Source: a virus
Direction: 5' to 3' (one strand)
Virus record (IMG/VR): IMGVR_UViG_3300037483_000076
Location: 1-64,000 of that record
DNA: 64,000 nucleotides
Shown here: in pieces, positions 18,356-31,200 of the stretch
Layout of the letters: every line of letters starts with the position of its first letter
How positions within the stretch are numbered: position 1 is the stretch's first letter
The notes under the pieces: model-generated
The model's input: the letters and a program-made list of their open reading frames with translations, nothing else
What the model was told of the DNA's origin: nothing
The model's database searches: none
Program-made: the position numbers and the translations under genes

Positions 18356-20475
18356 TGAAAAGACCTAATAAAAAAATAAAGAGGTATGCTGGGGGTGGTG
18401 AATTCACAATGCCTTATGAATTAACGAGTGCAGGATTAGATAATGAATTATCCAATCAATCTGTACAAATGAATAAATTAAGTGAAAAAGGAAACGGTAT
18501 TGGTGGATTTGATCCTATGTCTATGGCGGTACAGCAACTTAGTGGAGTAACTAATCAAGTTGGTGGACTAGTTGGATCTGCTATTGGTAAAGCCACTACT
18601 AATGCGTCTGGTGTACAATCTGGTATTGGAGCTTTTGGACAAGGTTTTGCTGAAAAAGGATTTGGTGTACAAGGACTAATAGGTGGGGTTTCTAATCTAA
18701 TAGGACTAAAGAAAAAGAATAAAGAAGCTGTAGCATTAGAAAGACAGCAAGAATTAATGCGTACTCAGCCAATGCGTAATCAAATAAATGCTAATATACA
18801 ACAGGGTTTAGTTCCTAATCAAGCAGTATTTAAATGTGGTGGTAAATCTAAACGTAAGATGAAATATCCAGGAGGTTCTGGATCAACACCATCTCCTCAA
18901 ATTACTCCATTACCAAAGTTAGGAGATATAGCAGGATTAGATACTACTAAGACTAATGAAATATTAAATAATGATAGGATAGCAATGTATAACTATCCAT
19001 CTGCTAATGACCCAGAACTACTTAAAAAGTATTCAGATCCTCAACAAGTTGGTAGAGCTAGTACAATATTTGCAGAGAGTAAAAATCCTCAAGTAAGAAA
19101 AGACTTTCTATCTGGATGGAATACAACTTATGGTAAAAACAATAGTTACCTATATGATCCTGAAGCTAGAGGACTAGCACCATTACAATCAGATGATCCA
19201 AGACCTTCTGTACAGAAAAGATATGGTGAATTATACAATCAATATTTCCCTACTCAACAGACTCAAAGTAAACGTCTTATGGGAGGATCGGCAGTAGGAT
19301 CATATGCTAAAGGAGGTTATGCAGTAGATGATAGAGGATTTGCTAATAGTGAATTGGAAGACAATGAAGTATATCGTACACCTAAAGGTACTATATATCA
19401 AGTAAATGGACGTACACATGCAGAAGGAGGTGAACAATTTAACCTTCCACAAGGTACTGAGATACTTGGTAAGAATATAGTTCCCGGTACTAACAAGTCA
19501 TATAAAGACTTTGGTGATAAACTAATGAAGGATTATAATAAGTTTACAAAGATATTATCTGAGAAACATACTCCATTGGCTAAGAAGACAGCTACTATGA
19601 TGTTAGATAAGACTCAGAAACAGTTCTCAGAGTTAATGCAACATCAAGAATCTATGAAAGGATCTCATCAAATGCCAGATGGATCAATGATGAGAAATGA
19701 AGATATGAACACTCAATATGCAAGAGGTGGAGTTAAACGATATGATGTAGGAAATACAACTGAAGATCCTCAAATTACTCCACAAGATTGGATGTATAAT
19801 TCAAGTAGTTGGCGAAATAAATTAGATCCTACTAATCCTGAATTTACTAATCTAGGTTCCAATAAGATGTCTACAGACCCAGATAGTAAACAACCTTTTG
19901 AATGGCAAGATGCATTAACTGAAGCAGGTACATTAGCTCCAATAGCTTATAATTTATCTCAAGGATTATTTGGTAAAGCACAGAAACTTGATCCTAAACA
20001 ATTCTATAATCCTAATGAGAATCAGTCTATGAATCTTATGAGAAGTAGACGTTATAATGCTAATCCAGAATTAGAAAATAATAGATTACAACAATCTACT
20101 TATTTACGTAATCTTAGACAAGGAGCCGCATCACAATCACAATATCTTGGTGGACTACAGGCTGGTTCTACTATGAAACAACGTGCTGATGCTGAAACAT
20201 ACGCTAGAAAACAAAATACTGATAATCAATATATAGGTCAGGAAGCAGAAATGTTAGGTAACTTTGGAGCACAAAGAGCTCAGACTAATCTAACTATACA
20301 AGATATTAATGATAGAAATGCATCTGCTAAGAAATCATATATACCTACAGCATTAAGTCAATTGCAACAATATTCACAAAATGCTCGTATGACTAAGAAC
20401 TTAAAAGGAAGAGATGCTCAATTAATGGACATCTATAAGAAGATGTTTAGAGGATATTCATTTGCAAAAAATTAA
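18355..20475 (+). CDS. Internal virion (cargo) protein
   Basis: ELEDNEV, GRTHAEGG, repeated [YF]xxGG motifs, Gly-rich segment; follows tail stabilization gene. Confidence 0.7.
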   Translation: MKRPNKKIKRYAGGGEFTMPYELTSAGLDNELSNQSVQMNKLSEKGNGIGGFDPMSMAVQQLSGVTNQVGGLVGSAIGKATTNASGVQSGIGAFGQGFAEKGFGVQGLIGGVSNLIGLKKKNKEAVALERQQELMRTQPMRNQINANIQQGLVPNQAVFKCGGKSKRKMKYPGGSGSTPSPQITPLPKLGDIAGLDTTKTNEILNNDRIAMYNYPSANDPELLKKYSDPQQVGRASTIFAESKNPQVRKDFLSGWNTTYGKNNSYLYDPEARGLAPLQSDDPRPSVQKRYGELYNQYFPTQQTQSKRLMGGSAVGSYAKGGYAVDDRGFANSELEDNEVYRTPKGTIYQVNGRTHAEGGEQFNLPQGTEILGKNIVPGTNKSYKDFGDKLMKDYNKFTKILSEKHTPLAKKTATMMLDKTQKQFSELMQHQESMKGSHQMPDGSMMRNEDMNTQYARGGVKRYDVGNTTEDPQITPQDWMYNSSSWRNKLDPTNPEFTNLGSNKMSTDPDSKQPFEWQDALTEAGTLAPIAYNLSQGLFGKAQKLDPKQFYNPNENQSMNLMRSRRYNANPELENNRLQQSTYLRNLRQGAASQSQYLGGLQAGSTMKQRADAETYARKQNTDNQYIGQEAEMLGNFGAQRAQTNLTIQDINDRNASAKKSYIPTALSQLQQYSQNARMTKNLKGRDAQLMDIYKKMFRGYSFAKN

Positions 20476-20477
20476 AT

Positions 20478-22238
20478 ATGGGAAATATAAGTCGCTACGA
20501 TAAACCTGCTGAATCACATGTATCAAACACATTTTCCCCCATTCCATTTGATGAAATGATGAAGGCTGGGCAGATTATGGCTCAACAAGCGGATCAAGGT
20601 GCTAATGCATTACAAAAGGTCTATGATGATACTTATAATATTAAGTATATTCCTGGATCAAGAGATGAACAATATGTGAAAGAACAGGTACTTCCTGCTA
20701 CTAGGAAGATATTTGAAAAGTATATCTCTCAGGATATGGGTAATCCAATTATTCGTAGACAAGCTATGAGAGAACTTAGTTCTAATGTAGATAAAAACAG
20801 GATAGGTAAGATACAGGAATCATGGCAAGGATGGGCAGAAAATCAGAAGTGGAGACAAAAGTTACAAGCCGAAGGTCAATATGCTGACTATTTAGATACA
20901 CCAGATACTGGATATGATACTGATACAAATGGAGTATACAGTAAGTTAATCCCTGCTAAACAAGACTTTAGAAAAGAGGCTGAAACCTATTTTAATAATT
21001 TAGAACCAGATTCTTATATTACTCCAGGTGGAGAAGTTAAATTAACTATCAATAATCAGAAATTACAAAACACTGCTAAAGGGAATGTACAGTCATTTTT
21101 AGATAGTACTGCCGGTAAACAGAAGTTAATAGAATATAGGAAACGTACTGGTGATACCGAAAGTGCTCCAGAAAAAGTAGCCTATGACTATCTACTCGAA
21201 GTTGGTAAAGAAAAACTAATGAATCGACATGCAGGGTTTGTACCAGAATATATGACAAGAGGTAAAGATGATTCTCAATATTGGAAAGTAGAGAAGACTC
21301 CAGTTGTAGCATTAAAAGAAAGAGACATTAACTCTAGTGATTTTGATATAAAGTCAGGAGTGGAAAAAGGAGGACTTCCTTCATTTAGTCCAATGGGAGC
21401 TACCTTATTAGACAATAAGAGTCAAGATAGAAACAAGAAATATAATTATTATAACGAATCTTTACTGGCAAATAAAGAGATAAAAAATCTTGTTGGTATA
21501 ATGCCTAAAGAAAACCAAGATCAGTATGCAAAATTACTAGATGGTAAGTATAAGAGAGAGAATCCAGAGGAGTACAAAAAATCAATTGGAGAATTCTACT
21601 CTAAATTACAGAATACCTATAAACAAATAGAACAGGATTTACAAGAAGGCTCATACTTAAATGCTTATTATCCAGATGAAATATCTGGTATACCTGAGTC
21701 TAAACTTAATAACGTAGATACTCAAACTAAGTATATGTTTAGAACTAATAAGTTAAAAGAATTAGGATCAGGTATTATACAGAATAGAGAGTTTATAGAT
21801 CCAGAATCTGGTAAAGTATATAATGGTAAAGACTTCTACGATAGTGTAATTAAGAAGGAAAGTAAAGCTAATGAAGATGGTTTAATTTCTGTAACAGGAA
21901 AATATCATTATGAAAATCCATTTACAGCATTGACAGATAATAATAATTTCGGTAATTCGTACCAAATTAGTGTTAATGGTAAACAATATGTAATGTCTGG
22001 AAGTGCAGGAGATTATTCAGATCCTTTGTATAAGTACAACGCTAATGCTAATAAGTCTTTTAGTCAAGTTAAATATAATCCAGGAGTAGCAATTGATGAG
22101 GGAGATGGTACAGAAAAGTTATATCAAGATGGTATATACTATATTAAAGATAAGGATAGTGACCAAGTAATTGGTAAATCCAGACAATTTGAAGATGCTT
22201 ATAATGCTGCTAGAGAATACTATAAAAATAAGAAGTAA
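20478..22238 (+). CDS. Internal virion (cargo) protein
   Basis: N-terminal RYD...F.PIPFDEM motif; position before RNA polymerase gene. Confidence 0.6.
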   Translation: MGNISRYDKPAESHVSNTFSPIPFDEMMKAGQIMAQQADQGANALQKVYDDTYNIKYIPGSRDEQYVKEQVLPATRKIFEKYISQDMGNPIIRRQAMRELSSNVDKNRIGKIQESWQGWAENQKWRQKLQAEGQYADYLDTPDTGYDTDTNGVYSKLIPAKQDFRKEAETYFNNLEPDSYITPGGEVKLTINNQKLQNTAKGNVQSFLDSTAGKQKLIEYRKRTGDTESAPEKVAYDYLLEVGKEKLMNRHAGFVPEYMTRGKDDSQYWKVEKTPVVALKERDINSSDFDIKSGVEKGGLPSFSPMGATLLDNKSQDRNKKYNYYNESLLANKEIKNLVGIMPKENQDQYAKLLDGKYKRENPEEYKKSIGEFYSKLQNTYKQIEQDLQEGSYLNAYYPDEISGIPESKLNNVDTQTKYMFRTNKLKELGSGIIQNREFIDPESGKVYNGKDFYDSVIKKESKANEDGLISVTGKYHYENPFTALTDNNNFGNSYQISVNGKQYVMSGSAGDYSDPLYKYNANANKSFSQVKYNPGVAIDEGDGTEKLYQDGIYYIKDKDSDQVIGKSRQFEDAYNAAREYYKNKK

Positions 22239-22240
22239 TT

Positions 22241-25200
22241 ATGCCAATAGATATTTACGACATAGAACAAACACCTGTATCTGATAGATATAAAACACAA
22301 TACGATGAACAGTTTGAGACATTACCAGAAATGTCTCTTTCTGTTGATAGAAGTAAGTATGACGAGGGTTATATCTATAATGAAACAGATCCATATAAAT
22401 CACTTAATAAACAGAGGGCTTCTAATCAATCTACATTTGCACAATTTGGTTCAGCATTGAATCAGGCAGTTGTAGGAGAAGTAATAGGAGGTACAATAGA
22501 AGGATTAGGATATCTACTTGATGTAGAACAATATGCTAATCTAGCTAAAGGTACTGAACAAGAGTTTGGTAACTGGTTTAGTGATATAGGTAAGGGATTA
22601 CGTACATGGTCAGAAGAAGAAACTCCTATTTATGTAGATCCTGATCAAGATGCTTTTGCACCAAATAAAGCTAGTTGGTGGATGAGTAATATACCTTCTG
22701 TAGCATCTACTCTATCATTAATCATACCTTCTGCCGGGGTAGTCAGGGGACTATCATTATTAGGTAAAGCTACTAAGATTGGTGAAGAAATGGGATTGGC
22801 AACTAGATGGGCAGCTAAAGGATTAACTCAAGCTGTAGTATCCAGACATATGGAAAATGTAATGGAAGCATCTGGTACATTCAATGAACTATATGAAGAA
22901 GGTTTATCAGAAGGATTAAATGATGTAGATGCTAAACGTAAGGCATCAATTGGAGCAGCTAACTCATATGAAATGAACTGGGTTATGTTAGCACAAGACA
23001 TACCTCAATATCTCCTACTTAATAGAGCTTTTAGTAAAGCATCTCTAGATAATACTATCGCTACTGCTCGTGCTATGGGTAAATCTGTAGCCCCAGTATT
23101 TGGTAAGAAAGGTGCTGCAATTACTTGGGATATGTTAACAGAAGGTGGTGAAGAAGCTTATCAATATATAGTTGGTGAAGAAGCTAAGTATCAGGCTCAG
23201 AAAGCATTTGATCCATCTATAGAATCATCCTTTGCAGATAGATTAGATAAATACTCTAGAAATGGAGAACTATGGACTAGTGCATTCTTTGGAGCACTAG
23301 GAGCAGGTGTAACTCAAACTGCTGGTAAAGCTATAAATAAACTTACTCAAGGAATTAAAGATCCTCGTGTAGAAGATATAAGATCTTGGGGTAGTCAATT
23401 TAGTTACTGGAATCAACGATTGAAAGAAGCTCAGGAATCAGAAGATGAGTTATCTGAAAGATATATCAAAGATAATCTATGGAGTACTATAGGTACTAAA
23501 TCTGCATCAGTTGGAAATACTAGAAATGCTATGGACTTCTTAGAAGCTATGCAGAATCCTACCAAAGAAGATTTAGAAACATTCGGAGTAAATGAAGATG
23601 ATCTCAAAGTATTTAAGTCAGAGATACCAAAAGGTGTACAACAATTAAAACGTATAGGTGAGTTATATAACTTTAATTCTAAGAAGTATGAACCTAATCG
23701 TGCAGCATTAGTAACACAATTACAATCTCAATTAGAGAATGGAGTTAAACATAGGGAAGAATTAGTTCGTAAGATTAATCAAAAGAAACAGGAACTTAAT
23801 TATTTAGATGATTTATATAAAACTCCTTTCATAGCAGAATATGTTACTGATAAGACAGAGTATTTAAATCTAAAGAAGTCTATCAAGTTATTTGAGAAAC
23901 TATCTTCTAATGAAAGGACTCCAGAAAGAGAAAAGACTGCTTATGCAGAAGCTCTTAATAGATCTAAAAAGGAACTAGAAGTCTTAGATAAGAAATTAAA
24001 GGATACTCGTTCTTCATTTGATTCAAAGATTGAGAAGGGAGATTCAGAAGAAGTTAAAAGTACTAAGAAAGCTAAACAAGAGATACTTGCTCAGATAGAT
24101 AAGATTACTGCCCCAGCATTAGACGAATATATGTCTACTAAGCAACAGTTAGATCTATTTGACAACCATATTAAATCATTACAGAAGTCTCTATTTGATA
24201 TAGAGAGTGGGAAATCTATATCTACTAAGGAAGAAAGAGATAATTATGCTGAGCAGAAAGCTACTGAAAAAGCTGAAGCTAAACAGTATCTACCAACTAT
24301 AGATGATCTTGTAGAAGATGATAATGGTGTATATAAAGTTATATCAGAGAATGACGAGGATGATACTATTGAATTACATCAATTAGACGAGAAGGGAGAG
24401 ATGATACCTGGATCTCCTACAAAGATTGTACCTAGAGCATCAGTTAGTATATATGCCAAAAAAGGGGATAAAGAAGCTCTAGATTCAACGGAACCATTAA
24501 ATGATATAGATATACCAGAAGATATAAAAAAACCTGACTATGAGCCTAAAAGAGGCCTTAAATCAATTGCTGAGGTTATAACATATCGTGGAGTTAATTA
24601 TAATGAACAAACTGGAAAGTTTACAACAGATACTCGTAATGCTGAATTAGACAATTATATATCCAATCCTACTAATACTTTAGAAGGAGATGAGGTTAGT
24701 ATGTCTATTGATACTAATACTACATTCTCTAGATTCTGGAATATCAATAAATCTATTAAAGACAAACTTGATAAAGGAGAATTTCTTACTACAGAAGAAG
24801 CTAATAAGTTATTAAACTCTAGTCATCTTGTAAGTGGTAAAGAAGTATATGATCAAGTAGTTGACAAGATGCCTATACAAGTTGCTTATAAGACTAAGGA
24901 AGGTAAAGAGTTTAAAGGTGGGATATACTACCATGATACAGATTACGTAGACAAACACTTAATTATTCCAGAAGCAGTAACTAATGTTGAGGAATATAAG
25001 ACTAAGGAAAAAGAATTAGTTAGAGATACTCGTAGAAAGATACTATATACATTACTTACTGGAAATAATGTAGTAATGTCTAATGTTAAACGTACTCAAG
25101 GTATACCTAATAATACTAAGAATAAGAACAATATTGCCGAGATACTTAAACAAGATTCTAATAAGATTGAATTAGGTATAGTAGATTCAACTACTCATGC

Positions 25201-28200
25201 TTGGACTAGTGATGGTAATTACTTATCATCTGGTAAACTTCCTTACAAAGGATATGCTGGGAATGTAATGTTCACTACAGATAAGACATGTGATGGTACT
25301 AGAGGTGCTATCAAAGCTAATATATCTAAACTTAGTCCTGAACACGCTGAAATATTATGGGATGCAATCTATTTAAAGAATAAGAAAGGGTCTGGTGGTA
25401 GTCAACTACAGTTTATAGACGATAGAATTAAAGGACTTACAGTTGGTGAAGTAATAAACTTATTAGTATTAGAAGGAAGTAGATTAACAAACCCTAGTCA
25501 TCCAGAGAATGCCAATAGAAATATGAAACATCTGGAAGAAAAGAAACTTTATATAGAAAAAGGATTCTTACATTTTGGTACAGAGGTTATCAACTTAAGT
25601 GGTTTATACAAAGGATTAGGTGATATCAATAAAGATAAGGCTAGATTTATAGAATGGGCTACTAAGAATAAGAACTATATAGTATCTAAGAAACCATTTG
25701 GTAAAACTGGACCAAATACTAATTCATCCTTAAACAGAGAATACAAACTAGGTTCATGGGAAGCTACTAAGAAGGATACACAATCTGGTATACTAATCAA
25801 ATACAATGCTATAACTACAGATGTTGAAGAGTTTGAAGATACTGGATCTCTATATCATGCCCCAGTAGTTATAATAGATCCTAAGTCATTAAAAGCAGTT
25901 CCTGGTATGAAGGCTAAGAGTACTGCTAAAAAAGCTACTACACAAGTTAATGCTGTACAAGTTAAGGAATCTAAAAAGGAATCACATAAAGTTAAACCTA
26001 ATACAGAAGGATTAATTGTAATTAGAGATAAGAATATTGATTTAGATGATACATTAATTCCTAATTTATCTAATGAATCTGTTGTATACAACATATCATC
26101 TACTAAATATGAAGTAAGTGCTGGAGTATATGAAACAGAAACTAAACAAGATAAGTTATTTGAAATACAAGATGGTAAATACTTATTATTTAGTAAAGCA
26201 CTTAGAGATACTCTAGGATTAGAAATGAGTGGTGAGAGTGAAGCTGTTGAAATAACAGATACTATTACTACTAGAATAAATAGATTTCTATCTAGACAGG
26301 CTAATGTACAAGTAGATACTAAGAATACAAAGGAATCTATAGTTGAGGAAGTTAAGGAATTATCTAAAGTAGAAACTAATAAAGAAGAAGATGTTGTTAT
26401 ACCAGAAGACTATGATCCTACTCTAACATTTGAAAATAAAGGTGGATTTGGTAGTGCTTTAGCAGATATGTTAGTACCATCAACTACTCCTATTAAATAC
26501 ACTAAGTGGAATCAGAAGAAGGAATTAGGTTGGTTATCAGACAAGTTAGGTGATGTCCCTGTAGAAGTAATAGATGGATTAATCTATATAGCAAAGGGCA
26601 ATAAGAAGGCATTTGGACAATTACAAAGAGACAGTATATTATTGTCTAATGTAGCTTTATCGGGTACTACTTATCACGAGGCATTCCACAGAGTATCAAT
26701 GTTATATCTAGAGGAATCTACTAGACAAGCTTTATATACAGAAGCTAGAAGTAGATACAAACTTAAGGATTCTACTGATAAAGAAGTAGAGGAATTCCTA
26801 GCTGAAGAATTTAGAACATATGTTATAACTCAAGAGAATATGACTGTCTTAGGTAAGATAGGTAAGTTCTTCAAAGAGTTGTACCAATTAGTAAAATCAG
26901 TATTTACTGGAAATAAGTCATTGGAAGAATCTGATATAGATAAACTATTCAATGGGATACAAGGTGGTAAGTTTAAATACAATAAAGTATTATCTGATAA
27001 TCTAGCTAAATGGATTGATAATCCTAACTTAGAATATAGAGATACTCAATTACATCAGATAGATAGTTACAAATACTTTAAACAAATTGTTAAAGGATTA
27101 TCTGCTGAACTACTATCTGGGGTTAGAGAAAAGTTATTTAGAGAAGCTACTAGTAAGTATGAGGTAATAGGTGTAATAGAATCTGTAGAACAAATAGATT
27201 TTGATAAACTAAAGAATAGTATACAGACTGGTCAAGTAGGTCATTATACCAAATTAGCTAAGAGTAATCTGGCACTAATTGATATGTTCAATAAAGGGCA
27301 AATAAGCACAGAATTAGCCTCACTGTTGAAAGATCGGTATAAGACTGATAATATGAATCAGATAAAAGAGAACGTGTCACAGGAAGCCTCTAATGCCACT
27401 AAAATCAAGGATCTGTATAAAGAAGTTATAGAACACTTTGATGATATCTATAAACCAGCTATTACCGATTATATCTATTCAGAACTATCTATTAAGAAAT
27501 TAGAAGATGGTGAACAAGATGAGGAAATAGGTAATGAGATAGTTAAGTTTGATAAGTCTGCTTATGAATATAGTGCCAAGGAAAATATGCAGAGTTCTAT
27601 CAAATTCTTAGTATCTAATTTAAAGTTATCTGACAAAAGAAATGCAGTTACTGGACTAGTTGAAATAGCCCCAATGGGAGAGGTGTGGAGTAAGTTATTA
27701 ACTAACTTATCTCATCTAGATACTGTTGAGGATATGATAAAAGTATTAGATGTAATAGGAGATACTAATGGATATCAACCTTATAAAGACTTATCTAAGT
27801 ATTTGAAGATGTCTAGTGAATTAACTAGGACTCAGTTTCAGACTACTATGAAACAACACAGACATACTTTTATAAATACTATAGTAGAAGTTACTGATAA
27901 TGATGGTCAATTAAACTACGAATTTAGATTTATGGATGCAGATTTACATTCTGCTTCTCAGATGTTACTAAAAGAATGGACTGAAAACTTTATTAAAAGT
28001 GATTTCTTCTCACAAGATAAATTCAATGATAAAGGATTTAAGAAATTACAGGATGATTACAATAAGGCTTTAAAGTTATTCAGAGATGACATCAAAGGAT
28101 CTATTGAAGTTGAACAAAGTGATTATAATAAACATTTAGATAGATTTACAGAGTTATTCAATAGATTAGGTATAAATATCAATAAGGAAACCTTAGCGTT

Positions 28201-31200
28201 AGGAGCTACTGATATAATTGAGGTGGGTCAAGCGTCTAATAAAGAAGAAGCTTTGTATAAATTAATGAGTGCTGATTTATCTTACATATTTAGTAATGAT
28301 AGTAGTATTCAACAGTTTATCAATAAGAAAATAGATGATTCTAAGAAAGTCCTATCTAATGAAAAGATTGTAGATAAATTAGCTGAATTATATTCTATTG
28401 TTAATCCAATGGATCTGTCTGATACAGTATTAGGTCCAGAAGGTAATAAACACTACAAGTATTCACTCCCTACTTATGTAACAGATATCGTTAAGAAGTT
28501 AAGGGAAGATCCTGACTTTAAAGAGAAGTTACTGAAAGATCCTTTTAATAGAGGATCATATATACTCAATGGGGATACTAGTAATTTATCTATAGGTACC
28601 TTCAACACTATACTTATTAATAATACTGGAGATGAAGGTAGAGACTATTTATCAATGTCTCCAACTGAAGACTTCCTATATAAACTTAGTGCTACTAGAG
28701 CTGGATATTTTATGTTACCTACTCTTGCAGATAGGAAAACATATCCACCAATTAAAGGGGTTAACTTACCTGAAATTAAATATGAGATTGGTCCAAATGG
28801 TCCAGTATTACCTGAATGGGTACTAGATATATACTTTAATTACGCTAAAGCTGAGAGAGATAGGATAACTACTGCTCAACAGTTTATAGAAGATAGTAAG
28901 GTATCCGATGAGAAATATAAGTCTTTAAGTGATACACAAAAGAATAGACTATCTTTGTATCAAGAAGGCGGTAAGGATAAATATATTGATGTAGAAAAGT
29001 TAGTAGAAAATTACCATTATAAAACTAGTGGTAAGTTTGTTATTATAGATGCTGAAAAAAACATATTCTCTAAACCTAATTCTCTTAGGCATATTTTATT
29101 TCCAACATTAGAAGGAAAGAAAGAGGAAGACTTTAGAAATCAAATTAGAAAGGACTTAAAGCAACGTATTGATGATACCTTCAATGAAGCAAAGACTTTA
29201 AATATATTAGATAATAATACTAATTTCCTACTTAATCAAGCAATTGTAACTAAGTTAACTAATGAGTTTAATGGTGATACTAAATTAGCTTTATCTTCAA
29301 TTATTGCAGACTTTGAGATTAAAACTCAGATTGCTTCTATTGAAACTATGATGTTGTTTATGGGAGATGTGGCTTTCTATAAGTCTGGTGAAATAAAGAA
29401 TAAAGAAGGCAAGGTTGTTGGAAGTAGTCCATTTGAAGAATATGTAAAACGTTTATCAGTTGTTACATCTAGTGGTGGATTACTTAGAAGGGAAGTTCCT
29501 GGAGAGTTTGAGAATACTCAGTACAATGTAACTACTTTATATGACCAAGAATTAACTAGTGCTTGGTATGACATACTATATAAGAAACAAGAAGAGATAC
29601 TTAACAAGAAATATACCGATAAAGAATATGTTAAGAAGTTGTTAACTAACTTACTTAGAGATTATAAAGGTAATATTAATCCTACAGATGCTCAGGTATT
29701 CATATCTCCAGAAATGCATAGAGAAATTGCTATACGTAAAGGAGAGTGGTCAGATAAGAAACAAATTGCTTATGAATTATTACAATCAGATGAAAAACTT
29801 ACTCCTGAACAGGAACAAGACTCTCTTAATGTAGTGATGCAACCATTAAAGTATGTTTACTTTGATAGACTATCAGAAGATACTACTAGTACAGACTCTT
29901 TAATGATACCTACATATGATAAAATGTCTATGGCTACCTTATTCAGACGTTTTACTAAAGGAACTCAATTAGATGAGTTACTGGATAGAATGGAAGGAGT
30001 AGGTAGATATCAGGGATCTGATAAGATCCACATGGTTAAGTTTGAATCTGCTGTTAAAGTAGGTAAAAGACGCAGAATTAACTTATTAGAAAACACTGAA
30101 GGAGGTAAATTAGATATTACTAAACCTACTAAAATTACTGATTTATCAAATGCATCTACTTATAAACAGAACTTTGAATATCTAAGACATCAAGTTGTTA
30201 CTGACCCTCATGATACGGAAGATACTTTATTTGGATCACAAGTAAAGAAAGTACCTCAAGGTAATGTATTACAGGATGCTGACTACACTATAAATGGTGA
30301 ATCGGTTAAAGGTAAGGATGTACTTAATGCTATTAACAAATCTCTAGGATTACTATCTGATAAAGGTATAACTAAGTTATTAAATAAATTAGGTGTAGAT
30401 AAAGATGGGATTATAGACGAAGAGTTATTCTATAAGACTCTACAAGATGAAGCTACTAAAGCTGGAATGCCTGAAACAGTTATAGAGTATTTAAGGAAAG
30501 TAGATAATAAAGGTAATCACATTCCTATTGATCTATTACCAGATAGAAAGTGGATATATCAGAGATTGATATCTCTAGTAAATAAACATGGGATTGACTT
30601 AAAGCTTCCTGGTAATCAATTAGTACAACAATCTGGTTTTGCATCAGGTAATTTAGATTCTACATTTAAAGATAAGAGTAATAACCTTAGATTCTTATTT
30701 AATGATAATGGTGAAATTAAAGGTGTAGAAGCTGCTGTATCTGTGCAACTATTTAAAAGTGTTATTCCTGATTATAAGAATAAATCGTATCAAGAAAAAG
30801 TTGATTGGTTAAAATCTAATGAAGGTGTGTTAGAAGGATTGGGTTATCGTATTCCTACACAAGGTCAGAACTCTACAGTACCTATTACAGTTGCTCAGTT
30901 CTTACCAGAGAATATTGGGGATGTTATAGTCCTACCTAATGAGTTTACAGCACTTACAGGATCTGATTTTGATATAGATAAATTATTCTTTGTAAGATAT
31001 AACTATACTACAGATAAAGAAGGGGTTGCTCATAAAGTTAGTATGTCTACTGGTACTACTAAAAAGGATGTACAAGATAGGTATAATAATTTAGCAATGG
31101 AGATATTTGATGACGCTCCAATTATTGATAATGAATCTCATATTAAATTATTATATCTTAAAAAGAGTAGGTTTGAATTTAAAGGTAAGAATGCTGATTT

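Noticed and set aside
28182-28260. Seventh copy of the dispersed element
   Set aside because: Core and right GC fit, but the left arm lacks the phased GC
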